A stretch of DNA of 64,000 nt from an uncultured Desulfovibrio sp. (GTDB taxonomy: Bacteria > Desulfobacterota > Desulfovibrionia > Desulfovibrionales > Desulfovibrionaceae). The notes beneath the pieces were generated by a model that saw nothing but the letters and a program-made list of their open reading frames with translations, ran no database searches and was not told where the DNA came from. Shown here in pieces: positions 1 through 8,881 of the stretch. The position numbers were made by a program, and so were the translations under genes. How positions within the stretch are numbered: the first letter of the stretch is position 1; each line of letters opens with the position of its first letter. Where the stretch lies: NCBI RefSeq assembly GCF_944327235.1, contig NZ_CALVHE010000002.1, forward strand, positions 19,089 through 83,088, read 5' to 3'.

Positions 1-68
1 GGCGGGAGCCGGAGCGTTGCGCGCCTCCTTCTATCGACATTCACCTTTGTCCGTGGTATTTTGCAAAG

Positions 69-773
69 ATGTTTTTTCCCGATATCGACTTCGCACAATC
101 CGTGCGTCTCCTGACGGCCTCTCTGGTGCCCATGCTGCTGGGCATGATCGTGCATGAAGTGGCGCACGGGCTGGCCGCGCGCCGTCTGGGCGACCCCACG
201 GCCTACATGATGGGACGGCTCACGCTCAATCCCGTGCCGCACATCGATCCGCTGGGTCTGGTCAGCTTTGTGATCACCAGTCTTGTGGGGGGCTTCATTT
301 TCGGCTGGGCCAGGCCCGTGCCGGTCAATCCCCGCTATTTCCGCAAGCCCGCGCGCGACATGATGCTGGTGGGGCTGGCCGGGCCGGGCAGCAATTTCCT
401 GCTGGCCCTGCTCTTCGGGCTGGGCCTGGCGGGGCTGGTCGCCGTCTGGCCGGAGGCCTTCGCCGGACGGATGGCCCTGACGCAGCCCACGGCAACGCAG
501 CAATTCCTGGTGCTCATGTGTACGCAGGGCATCCTGGTCAATCTCTGTCTTGCCTGGTTCAACCTGCTGCCTCTGCCCCCGCTGGACGGCAGCCGCGTCG
601 TGACCTATTTTCTGCCCATGCACCTGGCGATCTCCTATGGTCGGCTGGGGGACTACGGCTTCGTGGTGCTGCTTGTCCTGCTGTTCACCGGCGTGCTGGG
701 CCGGGTGCTGGGACCGCTGGTAGACTTTTCCTTCAGCCTGATCCTGCGCCTGACGCTTTCGCTGGTGGCGTGA
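69..773 (+). CDS. Peptidase M50 (site-2 protease family) integral-membrane zinc metalloprotease
   Basis: 234-aa ORF with HEVAHG (HExxH) in an N-terminal hydrophobic segment and NLLPLPPLDG (NxxPxxxLDG) near the C-terminus. Several hydrophobic segments. Confidence 0.85.
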   Translation: MFFPDIDFAQSVRLLTASLVPMLLGMIVHEVAHGLAARRLGDPTAYMMGRLTLNPVPHIDPLGLVSFVITSLVGGFIFGWARPVPVNPRYFRKPARDMMLVGLAGPGSNFLLALLFGLGLAGLVAVWPEAFAGRMALTQPTATQQFLVLMCTQGILVNLCLAWFNLLPLPPLDGSRVVTYFLPMHLAISYGRLGDYGFVVLLVLLFTGVLGRVLGPLVDFSFSLILRLTLSLVA

Positions 774-965
774 GCCGCTGCGTTCTTCCGGTCGTCAGGG
801 ACGGCATGGCGCTGGATGCGGGGGACGCCCCTCGTGTGCGGCGCGTCTCCGACCGGGAGCCGGGAAAGCTCTTCGCCGGGCGGTCTGTTCGTTTTTTTCG
901 TTAACCGCGGTCGTTGGCCGCGCAAGCGTCGCTGCCTGTTCCGGGCAGCCATTCCAGAGGATATC

Positions 966-1952
966 ATGAGCACGGAACGTCCCCGCACCGTATCGGGTAT
1001 GCGTCCTACCGGCCCCCTGCATCTGGGGCACTATTTCGGCGTACTGAAAAATTATGTGGCCCTGCAGCACAGCGAGGAAGCCTACTTCTTCGTGGCGGAC
1101 TGGCACGCTCTGACCAGTGATTACGCCGACCCGTCCAATATCCGGCAGAATATCGCGGAAATGGTCAAGGACTGGGTGGCTGCCGGTCTCGACCCCGCCC
1201 AGTGCGTCATTTTCCGTCAGTCCGCGGTCAAGGAACATGCGGAGCTGTCCCTGCTGCTGTCCATGATCACGCCGGTCTCGTGGCTGGAACGCAATCCCAC
1301 CTATAAGGAACAACAGCAGCAGATCACCAATAAGGACCTGGGCAATGCGGGCTTCCTCTGCTATCCGGTGCTCATGGCGGCGGATATCCTCATGTACCGG
1401 CCGCACGGCGTGCCCGTGGGCGAGGACCAGCTGCCGCACATGGAGCTGACGCGCGAGATCGCCCGGCGCTTCAACTATCTTTACGGGGAGAGCACCTTCC
1501 CGGAACCGCAGGCCATGCTGACGCCCGCTGCCAAATGTCCGGGCCTCGACGGCCGCAAGATGTCCAAGAGCTACAATAACGGCATCTTCCTGCGGGATAC
1601 GATGGCCGACATCGAGCCCAAGGTGAAGACCATGTTCACCGACAAGAACCGCCTGCGCAAGTCCGATCCCGGCAATCCCGACGTGTGCAATCTTTTCCCC
1701 TACCATGTGCTGCTGGCCAACCGTGAAGAGCAGGAAGAGATCCGGCAGGGCTGTACCGGCGCGAGCATGGGCTGTGTGGACTGCAAAAAGCGGTTCCTTG
1801 CGCATCTGGGGGCTTTTCTGGAGCCTTTGCAGGCCCGCCGGGCGGAACTGACGGGCAGCCGTGTGGCGGAGATCCTTGCCGACGGCAATGAGCGCGCCCG
1901 CGCCTTTGCCGCCCGCACGCTGGACATGGTGCGTGATCGCATGGGCTTGTGA
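966..1952 (+). CDS. trpS: Tryptophan--tRNA ligase
   Basis: Class I synthetase motifs: PTGPLHLGHY (HIGH-type) and KMSKS. Start moved to the in-frame ATG at 966 (MSTERPR...), because the ORF-track N-terminal extension has no homology-like features. Confidence 0.93.
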   Translation: MSTERPRTVSGMRPTGPLHLGHYFGVLKNYVALQHSEEAYFFVADWHALTSDYADPSNIRQNIAEMVKDWVAAGLDPAQCVIFRQSAVKEHAELSLLLSMITPVSWLERNPTYKEQQQQITNKDLGNAGFLCYPVLMAADILMYRPHGVPVGEDQLPHMELTREIARRFNYLYGESTFPEPQAMLTPAAKCPGLDGRKMSKSYNNGIFLRDTMADIEPKVKTMFTDKNRLRKSDPGNPDVCNLFPYHVLLANREEQEEIRQGCTGASMGCVDCKKRFLAHLGAFLEPLQARRAELTGSRVAEILADGNERARAFAARTLDMVRDRMGL

Positions 1953-2428
1953 TCCCCGTGAAATGCGTCGGTATCGACTACGGTCTTGAGCGGACAGGGC
2001 TGGCCGCCTGCGATGACGCGGGCGTGCTGGCCTATCCGCTGACCACGTTGCGTCTTGCGGACTATCCCGACCGCAAGGCCTTCCTGGCGGCGCTGGCCGA
2101 GCGCGTGCTGGCCGAGGATCCCGCCGCCGTGGTGCTGGGCCTGCCGCTGCGCGAAGACGGGACGGAAAGCCTGACCACCCGGCAGGTGCGCAACGTGGCC
2201 GGACGGCTCATGCGACGTATCCAACGCCCCTTCTACTGGATGCCGGAACTGCTCAGTTCCGTGGAGGCGGAAATGGACCTGCGCGAGGCGGGTCTTGCCC
2301 GGGGGCGGCGCAAGGCCGTGCTGGACCAGCAGGCCGCCGTGCGCATCCTCTCCTCCTTCCTTGCTCTGCCGCCGGACAGGCGGCGACCCATCGCCGGGGA
2401 AACGCCACGATCCGACGGCTTCGCGTAA
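1949..2428 (+). CDS. ruvX: Putative pre-16S rRNA nuclease / Holliday junction resolvase-like protein (YqgF/RuvX)
   Basis: N-terminal VGIDYGLERTGLA motif typical of YqgF, about 155 aa. GTG start overlaps the trpS stop by 4 nt. An alternative GTG lies at 1958. Confidence 0.8.
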   Translation: MIPVKCVGIDYGLERTGLAACDDAGVLAYPLTTLRLADYPDRKAFLAALAERVLAEDPAAVVLGLPLREDGTESLTTRQVRNVAGRLMRRIQRPFYWMPELLSSVEAEMDLREAGLARGRRKAVLDQQAAVRILSSFLALPPDRRRPIAGETPRSDGFA

Positions 2429-2552
2429 CGGGCGGACCGCGTTCGTAGCTTACGACTCCTTGCTGGAGGTTGTCCCGGACAGGCGGCCTTGAGGCTGCGG
2501 CATTTTCTCGCTACAAGAGGACATCCCGACTGTCCCGCGACGAGGAGTCCGC

Positions 2553-3602
2553 ATGAAGATCCTGCTCCGTCTCTTTGCCTTGCTGTGTCTCTGTATCCTG
2601 CTTGCCGGCGGCGGGCTGGGCTGGCTCGTTTACGATTTCCTGCACAGCGTGCCGGAGACCACAGGGCGGGAGGTCCAGATCGACGTCGTCCCCGGCGCGA
2701 GTTTCGGCAAGATCGCCAGAGAGCTGGAAGAAAAGGGGCTGGTGACGGATGCGAAAAAATTCGGCTGGCTGGCCCGTTACCGCAAGATGGACGACCGCCT
2801 GCAGGCCGGACGTTTTGCCCTGCGCACGGACTGGACGCCGGATCAGGTGCTGGACTGGCTGGTCAACGGGCAGCCGGTGCTTTTCCGGGTGACGGTCCCT
2901 GAGGGGCTGACCTGGTGGCAGACGGGCAAACTGCTGGAGGCGGCGGGTTTTGTCCGCTTTGAGGATTTTCGGGCCGTGGTGCTGGACAAGGATTTCCTGC
3001 GCAAGTACGGCATCCCCTTTGCCTCCGCCGAAGGCTTCCTCATGCCGGACACCTACCTGATCCGCAAGGATGATGCGCCGGACATGGATTCCGCGCGCAG
3101 CGTGGCCGGGCGTCTGGTGGACAATTTCTGGCGCAAGGCCGCAACGCGCTGGCCGGGCGGACAAAAGCCCGCGTCGGATGAACTGAAACGGCTGGTCATC
3201 CTTGCTTCGGTGGTGGAAAAGGAGACCGCCATCGACAGCGAACGGGCGCGCGTGGCGGGCGTCTATGCCAATCGTTTGAAGCGCAACATGCTGTTGCAGG
3301 CGGACCCCACGGTCATTTACGGGCTAGGCGCGGGCTTTGAGGGCAATCTGCGACGCAAGCATCTGGATGATGCCGCCAATCCCTACAATACCTATCAGCG
3401 GCCCGGCCTGCCGCCAGGCCCCATCTGTTCGTTCGGCATGACGGCCCTGTCCGCGGCCATCGCCCCGGAAGAGCACAATTTCCTGTACTTCGTGGCCCGT
3501 ATCGACGGCGGCGAACACATCTTTTCCACCAATCTCAACGATCATAACCGCGCCGTGCGCCAGTATCTGCAAAACCGGCGCAAACAGCGTCAGGCAGAGT
3601 GA
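2553..3602 (+). CDS. mltG: Endolytic murein transglycosylase (YceG/MltG family)
   Basis: N-terminal TM anchor, ILASVVEKET motif and conserved NPYNTYxxxGLPPGPI block typical of YceG. Confidence 0.88.
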   Translation: MKILLRLFALLCLCILLAGGGLGWLVYDFLHSVPETTGREVQIDVVPGASFGKIARELEEKGLVTDAKKFGWLARYRKMDDRLQAGRFALRTDWTPDQVLDWLVNGQPVLFRVTVPEGLTWWQTGKLLEAAGFVRFEDFRAVVLDKDFLRKYGIPFASAEGFLMPDTYLIRKDDAPDMDSARSVAGRLVDNFWRKAATRWPGGQKPASDELKRLVILASVVEKETAIDSERARVAGVYANRLKRNMLLQADPTVIYGLGAGFEGNLRRKHLDDAANPYNTYQRPGLPPGPICSFGMTALSAAIAPEEHNFLYFVARIDGGEHIFSTNLNDHNRAVRQYLQNRRKQRQAE

Positions 3603-3610
3603 GGTCGTTC

Positions 3611-3859
3611 ATGAAATACCTTATCATGCAGGATTTTTCCGGTCAGGCGGTCCCGTTCATCTTTCCCCGCCGCGTGGACCACGGCGACATGCGCGAGCAG
3701 CTCCCTTACGCGCAGGTGGTGTCCGCCGGTTTTGTGGAATACGAGGATGGGGGCTTTGTCTGTCATGGCGGTAATGCCGAGCTCCAGGTGCAGGCGCGCC
3801 CTCAGGAGGATGCCGCCATCATCGCGGAGGCTCTGCGGCCGGAGAGCTGCCGCAAGTAG
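3611..3859 (+). CDS. Small hypothetical protein (82 aa)
   Basis: ORF immediately after mltG, with ATG at 3611 (MKYLIMQDF...). No recognisable motif. Coding status rests on position and length only. Confidence 0.45.
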   Translation: MKYLIMQDFSGQAVPFIFPRRVDHGDMREQLPYAQVVSAGFVEYEDGGFVCHGGNAELQVQARPQEDAAIIAEALRPESCRK

Positions 3860-3936
3860 CGTGGAACAGGTCTGTTGCGCATCCGCGGCGGAAGTCCGTA
3901 CTCTTCGGCTGTCGCGGCTCGCGGGGATCGCGGATA

Positions 3937-4078
3937 GAGCATTTTGCCTTTGAAAAAGGCAAAATGCGAGGCGGCGGCACAGCGCCGCCCGGCCCAAAGT
4001 GAGCGGAATGACCGCGTTTTTCCCGCGAAACGCCAGGTCGTATGTTTGGAACGCGAAGCGTTTCAACGGAAAATACTC
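3937..4078 (+). mobile_element. MITE-like repeat R1, copy A
   Basis: Starts GAGCATTTTGCCTTTGAAAAAGGCAAAA and ends GGAAAATACTC, forming an imperfect TIR. TA at the left flank (3935-3936) and GA at the right. Aligns along its full length with copies at 19672, 28183 and 53927(-). Confidence 0.75.
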
Positions 4079-4149
4079 GAGGGCTGTTTATATGAAATTT
4101 CAACTAATTCAGCAAAATAAGAAAGAATGGGCGGAACTAGCTCCGCGTG

Positions 4150-4216
4150 CCTTTGCGGGAAGCTTCGCATCTCTGACTCTTACACCAACAGGCCGTGAAT
4201 AGTGTTAACAGGCCCT
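4150..4216 (+). repeat. Repeat family R2, short right-end fragment (copy c1)
   Basis: 4186-4216 CCAACAGGCCGTGAATAGTGTTAACAGGCCCT matches the right ends of 23001-23124 and 45868-46157 (AAACAGGCAGCRAATAGTGTCAAYAGGCCCT). The upstream GACTCTT module is also shared. Confidence 0.45.
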
Positions 4217-4223
4217 AACAGAC

Positions 4224-4264
4224 AAAAAACGGCGTCCCTTCCATGAGGGACGCCGTTTTCTTTC
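4224..4264. terminator. Bidirectional rho-independent terminator between convergent genes
   Basis: AAAAAACGGCGTCCC-TTCCATGA-GGGACGCCGTTTTCTTT: a 10-bp GC-rich stem with an A-run before it and a T-run after it. Confidence 0.8.
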
Positions 4265-4309
4265 GGTCGCGGAGGCGGCAGCTTCATTCCCGATGCGGGA
4301 ACATGCGGC

Positions 4310-5755
4310 TTATTCGCTGCTTTGGCTGCCGATCTTGGCGTTGATCTCCTGCAGCAGCTTCTGGGCCTGAGCATTGTCGGGCTCCATCTCCAGCGCCGTC
4401 CGTACCAGCGGCAGGGCGTGCATACTGTCGTTGACGGTAAAGAATACCTCAGCGATGTTGCAGGCGATGGTGGCCGACTTCTGCGGCAGATTGGGATTGA
4501 GGGCCATGGCCTTGAGCATGGACGCCCGGGCGGATTCGTAATCCTTGCCGTCGGCGTAGGCAAGGCCGAGGTTGTAGTGCAGGCCGTCGTTGTCGGGCAC
4601 CACCTTGAGCGCCTTCTTGTATTCTTCCGTGGCTTCCTGCCAGCGTCCCGTCCGGCGCAGGAGCATCCCCACGCGGTTGAAGACCACGAGGTCGTCCTTG
4701 CTCCAGTAGTCGCGCTTGGCTTCCAGACCACGCTGCAGGAAGCTGATGGCCATGTCGGGATCGACCTCGGAATAGGCGTCCGCCACACGGAAGGCCACGC
4801 CGCCCACATGTTCCATGGCTTCGCGGCTGGCCAGCTCGACGCTCTGATTGAACATCTTGCGGGCGTCCTCGCGCCGGTTGAGCTTGAGGTACAGTTCACC
4901 GATGGCCAGCTTGCGCTCCACATTGAGCGGGGAGAGCTGATCAAGCCGTTCAAGGTACTCAAGCTGCTTGAGCGGCTTCTTCATCTCTTCGTAGAGATCG
5001 GCCAGCTTGCGCAGCGGCTCAAGGTACATGTCGGCGCTGCGGCTGGCGTTCTCATACGCTTCACAGGCCTTTTCCCGCTGGCCCATGGAGCGGAACACGT
5101 CACCGATGATCAGCAGGACGGCGGCGGAATTGGCCTTGAGTTCCAGCGCCTGACGGCAGACCTGCAGGGCGCGCAGGTTCTCGCCCTGCGAATGCAGGGT
5201 CCTGGCCCATTCCAGCATACGGCTCATCTTGCCGTGCGGACGCACGGTGGCCGCCAGCCGTTCCAGCAGCTGATCCTGATTGTCGGGCTTGGCGAAGAAA
5301 GCGTCCGCTCCGGCTTCATGCAGGAGCACATAGCGTTGTTGTTCCGTTTCGGCGGCGATGAAAACGATGCGCACTTCGGGGAAACCGTTCTTGACAAGGC
5401 GCACCATATAACTGAGGTCGCGTCCCTTGAGGCTCTGTTCGATGAGCAGCAGGGGCGTCGCGTTTTCGGAGCAGACATTGCGCAGTATCCGCAGCAGCAT
5501 GTCGGCATCATGGGCGATGCTGATCTTGTCGGCCGGCAGCCCAAGATTCTCGTTCAGCACGTTCCGCAGCATATCCGTCAGCGCAACATCATCGGAAACG
5601 CAGATCAGATGGCCGCTATCCTTGAGGAATTCGCGGATGGCGTCTTCATACTGCTTGCTGTCCTGCGGCGCGGACTTTTCCTTGCTCATGCTCGCCTCGA
5701 CCTGCCGCATCGCCATGCGTTGCGCGAGGCCCGACGTCGCGTTGGAATTTGCCAT
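4310..5755 (-). CDS. Receiver-like domain protein with C-terminal TPR repeats
   Basis: The N-terminal region aligns by eye to a CheY-like receiver (ICVSDD ... LLLIEQSLKG ... FAKP). The C-terminal about 300 aa have repeated TPR-like A/L/Y/G patterns. Confidence 0.75.
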   Translation of the reverse strand: MANSNATSGLAQRMAMRQVEASMSKEKSAPQDSKQYEDAIREFLKDSGHLICVSDDVALTDMLRNVLNENLGLPADKISIAHDADMLLRILRNVCSENATPLLLIEQSLKGRDLSYMVRLVKNGFPEVRIVFIAAETEQQRYVLLHEAGADAFFAKPDNQDQLLERLAATVRPHGKMSRMLEWARTLHSQGENLRALQVCRQALELKANSAAVLLIIGDVFRSMGQREKACEAYENASRSADMYLEPLRKLADLYEEMKKPLKQLEYLERLDQLSPLNVERKLAIGELYLKLNRREDARKMFNQSVELASREAMEHVGGVAFRVADAYSEVDPDMAISFLQRGLEAKRDYWSKDDLVVFNRVGMLLRRTGRWQEATEEYKKALKVVPDNDGLHYNLGLAYADGKDYESARASMLKAMALNPNLPQKSATIACNIAEVFFTVNDSMHALPLVRTALEMEPDNAQAQKLLQEINAKIGSQSSE

Positions 5756-5818
5756 TGCTCCCTCCTGTGAGGCTTGCCGGACAACCCGTGTTGCCCGCCA
5801 ATCCTTAGACTCTCAGAT

Positions 5819-7246
5819 TCAGTGCCGTTGCGTCAAGTAGTATACGCGCGGAATCATATACATCAGGCTGGCTATTTTCTTTTCGGGCATGTACTGCACG
5901 GCGACGAGCACCTTGCCGAGGTTCCAGAGGCAGGACATCTCTCCCTCCACCGCATCCGGCTTGCCGAAACGCTGTTCCGCCATTTCCCTGACGCGCTTGC
6001 CGAAGGTGGCGTCGCGGGCGGGATAGTCGATGGAGACGAAGGCCAGCGGCTGCTGCTCGCCGGGGCCGTAGCACATGGCCATCTGATTCGCGCCGGGGAT
6101 GAGCTTGCCCCCCTTGTAGACATCGCAGATGTAGCCGTCCTTCTCGCGTTCCGGCACGGCACCGGCCTGCTTGAGCGCGGCGCGCATGGCGGGCCGGTCG
6201 GCCCCGTCCAGACGCAGGCCGAAGAGCACGGCGTTCTTGGCGCGTTCGGCGCTGACGTCCGCCATGTCTTCCAGTTCCTTCATGGCGGCGGTATTGCCCT
6301 GCATGGCCGCGCCATAGAGCAGCAGCGTGGCGCTTTCGAGGTTTTTCTTCACCACGCGTCCTTCACGGTAGAAATGCCCCAGACGCGCCAGCGCATTGGG
6401 CTGATTGGCGGCGGCGGCCCGGCTGTACCAGGCGGCGGCCGCGGCGTCGTCTTTGCCCACGCCGTGGCCCTGCTCATACAACATGCCTAGGTTGTACTGC
6501 GCTTCCGGCTGGCCCTTGCGCGCGGCGAGATCGAACCAGCGCGCCGCTTCTTCGACATCCGGCGGGATGCCACGGCCCTGTTCCAGCATGCGGCCGAAAT
6601 TGCACATGCCGGACGGGTGTCCCGCCTCGGCGGATTTGGCGTACCAGTGCAGGGCGCGGCCCACGTCGGGCTCCACGCCAAGGCCCTTGTCGTAGAGCAC
6701 GCCCAGATTGTTCATGGCCTGCGGGTCGCCGGCATCGGCGGCGGGCTGCCAGAGGCGCAGCGCCTGATGGTATTCTCCGCGTGCATAGGCTTCCAGCGCC
6801 TTGCGGTTGCGCTCTTCCGCGCTTTCCATGGGGGCGACGGCCGAAGCAGCGGCCGCCGGCGCGGCGGCTGCGGGCGTGGCGGACGGGGCGGGACTGATGG
6901 GAGCGGCGGCTGTGCCCGTCGTGTTGTTGCCGCCCCCCAGCGTCGGCATGGGCTGCGCGGGAGCCGGGACGGAGTAGTCCGGGGGCTGAGGGCCGCGGGC
7001 TTGTCCGCCGGTCTGCTGCGGCGCGGCGGGAGCGGCAGGAGGCTGCACTTGCGGCGTCTGCACCTGCGGCGCCTGTACCTGTGGGCGGGAAATGGACTGT
7101 ACGGCGGCCGAAGCGTCGATGCTGGCGACAAGTCCCGTCCCCAGCGCCGCCGTCAGGCACAGGCCGTAACCGCCGAGGCGCAAGGCCCGCTGACAACAAA
7201 TAATGATGCGCGCCTTACGGCGCGCATACCTGAAAATGCCCGTCAT
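5819..7246 (-). CDS. Secreted Sel1-like repeat (SLR) protein
   Basis: At least five consecutive Sel1 repeats (e.g. AMNNLGVLYDKGLGVEPDVGRALHWYAKSAEAG). Start moved to ATG 7246 (MTGIFRYARRKARIII... signal or anchor). Low-complexity QVQAPQVQTPQVQPP/Ala-Pro linker. Confidence 0.82.
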   Translation of the reverse strand: MTGIFRYARRKARIIICCQRALRLGGYGLCLTAALGTGLVASIDASAAVQSISRPQVQAPQVQTPQVQPPAAPAAPQQTGGQARGPQPPDYSVPAPAQPMPTLGGGNNTTGTAAAPISPAPSATPAAAAPAAAASAVAPMESAEERNRKALEAYARGEYHQALRLWQPAADAGDPQAMNNLGVLYDKGLGVEPDVGRALHWYAKSAEAGHPSGMCNFGRMLEQGRGIPPDVEEAARWFDLAARKGQPEAQYNLGMLYEQGHGVGKDDAAAAAWYSRAAAANQPNALARLGHFYREGRVVKKNLESATLLLYGAAMQGNTAAMKELEDMADVSAERAKNAVLFGLRLDGADRPAMRAALKQAGAVPEREKDGYICDVYKGGKLIPGANQMAMCYGPGEQQPLAFVSIDYPARDATFGKRVREMAEQRFGKPDAVEGEMSCLWNLGKVLVAVQYMPEKKIASLMYMIPRVYYLTQRH

Positions 7247-7262
7247 GGGAATGCCCTGCCTG

Positions 7263-7550
7263 TCAGGAATTGATCTCTGCCCGGAACTTCCGGGAAAGCC
7301 GGAAGACCACGACACGTCTGGGCGGCAGGGTGATGGCCTCGTCCGTTTGCGGATTGCGCCCGCGGCGTGAAGCCTTGTCATAGGACTCGAATTTGCCGAA
7401 ACCGCTGATGAGCAAGGCGCGATCCTTCTTGATGGCGTCTTTCATGATATGCAGCAGCTTCTCCACGACATTCTTCACATCGACACGGTTTTTGTCGGTC
7501 CCTTCGTAGATCCGTTCTATGATATCCGCTTTGGTCAATGTCTTCTTCAT
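7263..7550 (-). CDS. HU/IHF family DNA-binding protein (IHF-like)
   Basis: 95 aa from ATG 7550. Has the GFGKFE...RRGRNPQT...I.LPPRRVVVF arm motif of the bacterial histone-like family. Confidence 0.88.
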   Translation of the reverse strand: MKKTLTKADIIERIYEGTDKNRVDVKNVVEKLLHIMKDAIKKDRALLISGFGKFESYDKASRRGRNPQTDEAITLPPRRVVVFRLSRKFRAEINS

Positions 7551-7598
7551 GAAAACCTCGAAAACAGGCAGCTTCACAAGGGAAATCTTTTTCGGTAG

Positions 7599-7625
7599 AT
7601 TATGCCAAAAAGGCGCATGAGGCAA
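7599..7625 (-). promoter_or_regulatory. Candidate sigma70-type promoter for the IHF-like gene
   Basis: The minus strand reads TTGCCT-15 nt-(TGG)CATAAT, an extended -10, about 50 nt upstream of ATG 7550. Pattern match only. Confidence 0.3.
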
Positions 7626-7696
7626 GGCTTTTCTCGCTTTGCGGCCCTTGCGGTCCCGGCGTGCGCCCCTTGCTGTGCCTTTCTCGTCCCGCTGTC

Positions 7697-8803
7697 ATGA
7701 GATCTTCACCTGTCGCCCTCCTCCACTGGCCCGAACCTGCGGAGCATCCGCCTGTTTTTCCCGTGTTCCTGCCGTTTTCCGGCTGTCCCGTGCGTTGCGT
7801 CTTCTGTGCGCAGGACGTACAGACCGGCTGCGCCCCCCGGGGGGTGGACGACGCGCTTGCCGAGGCGGGGCGGCTGCTGCATGAGCGGGCCGGGCGTATG
7901 CGGCCCGCGCCGGAGCTGGCCTTTTACGGAGGGACCTTCACGGCGTTGCCGTCCGGGGCCTTTGCCGCGTGTCTGGGATTTGCCCGCACGGCCCGGCAAG
8001 AAGGGCGCATCAGCGGGCTGCGCTGTTCCACCCGACCTGACAGCCTGCCGCCGGACAGGCTGGAGGCGCTGCGGGAAGCGGGGTGCGGCTGCGTGGAGCT
8101 GGGTGTCCAGAGTTTTGCCGACAGCGCCCTGCGGGAGAGTCGTCGCGGCTATGACGGCAGGACGGCGCGCGAGGCCTGCGTCGTGCTGCGGGTGGCGGGC
8201 CTGCGGCCGGGAGTGCAGCTCATGCCGGGTATGCCGGGTTCCTCTCCGGAGCAGTTCCTGGAGGATGTGCGGCTGGCGCTGGAGCTGGGGGCGGTCTTCC
8301 TGCGCTTCTATCCCTGTCTGGTGCTGGAGGGGACGGAACTGGCGGCGCTCTGGCGTGCCGGACGTTATCAGCCGTGGACGCTGGAAGCGGTCCTTGACGC
8401 GCTGGCGGAGGGCTTTGGACTGGCGCAACGGGCCGGGGTGCCGGTGATCCGCATGGGACTTGCTCCGGAAGCGGGGCTGTCCGGCAGCGTGCTGTCCGGG
8501 CCGCATCATCCGGCGCTGGGGGCGCGGGTCCAGGCCCGTTGTCTCGTGCGTCAGGTGGCGAACGCTCTCGCGCAGGCCCGCGCCGAAGGGCGTCTGGGCG
8601 CGACCGAACCGGTGGGACTGGTGCTGCCTCGTCGTCTGCAGGGCATGTATCGGGGACATGCGGGCGAGCTCGTGCCGCACTGGGCTGGGCTGGGCATAAC
8701 GAGAGAGCATGTCCGTTTCCATGACGAGCGCCGGGAGATCCGGCTCGTGCGTCTTGCCGGAGCGTCGCTTGACGGCGCTGCAACACCGCATGAGGGATTT
8801 TGA
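7697..8803 (+). CDS. Radical SAM protein (ELP3-like family)
   Basis: CPVRCVFC (CxxxCxxC) cluster motif near the N-terminus in the context FLPFSGC. The start is either ATG 7697 or GTG 7661. Confidence 0.78.
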   Translation: MRSSPVALLHWPEPAEHPPVFPVFLPFSGCPVRCVFCAQDVQTGCAPRGVDDALAEAGRLLHERAGRMRPAPELAFYGGTFTALPSGAFAACLGFARTARQEGRISGLRCSTRPDSLPPDRLEALREAGCGCVELGVQSFADSALRESRRGYDGRTAREACVVLRVAGLRPGVQLMPGMPGSSPEQFLEDVRLALELGAVFLRFYPCLVLEGTELAALWRAGRYQPWTLEAVLDALAEGFGLAQRAGVPVIRMGLAPEAGLSGSVLSGPHHPALGARVQARCLVRQVANALAQARAEGRLGATEPVGLVLPRRLQGMYRGHAGELVPHWAGLGITREHVRFHDERREIRLVRLAGASLDGAATPHEGF

Positions 8804-8881
8804 TTTGACGTTGCGGCTTTTCCCCGGCTAGCGTGGCAATAGATAAGAATCCCTCTCGTTGCCGGCCTCGCGTCGGAGGAG

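Noticed and set aside
3999-4202. Small ORFs inside R1 copies give similar peptides (FFPRNARSYVWNAKRF..., FFRETTVRTVWNVKRFKLK..., also 19676-19876 and 53531-54007).
   Set aside because: - The peptide similarity simply mirrors the nucleotide similarity.
- Indels shift the frame between copies.
- Start codons are not conserved.
- Two different frames are open in different copies.
- TIRs, hairpins and compensatory changes argue for a non-coding element.
4322-5770. 482-aa plus-strand ORF exactly antisense to the receiver-TPR gene. Similar cases are 8828-10483(-), 14429-16786(+), 28783-30552(-), 41016-42914(-), 49783-51903(-) and 59490-61097(+).
   Set aside because: These are long stop-free antisense frames, which are expected in GC-rich DNA. 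Their translations are Arg/Gly/Ala/Pro/His-rich with no motifs. The opposite strand carries genes with clear family signatures.
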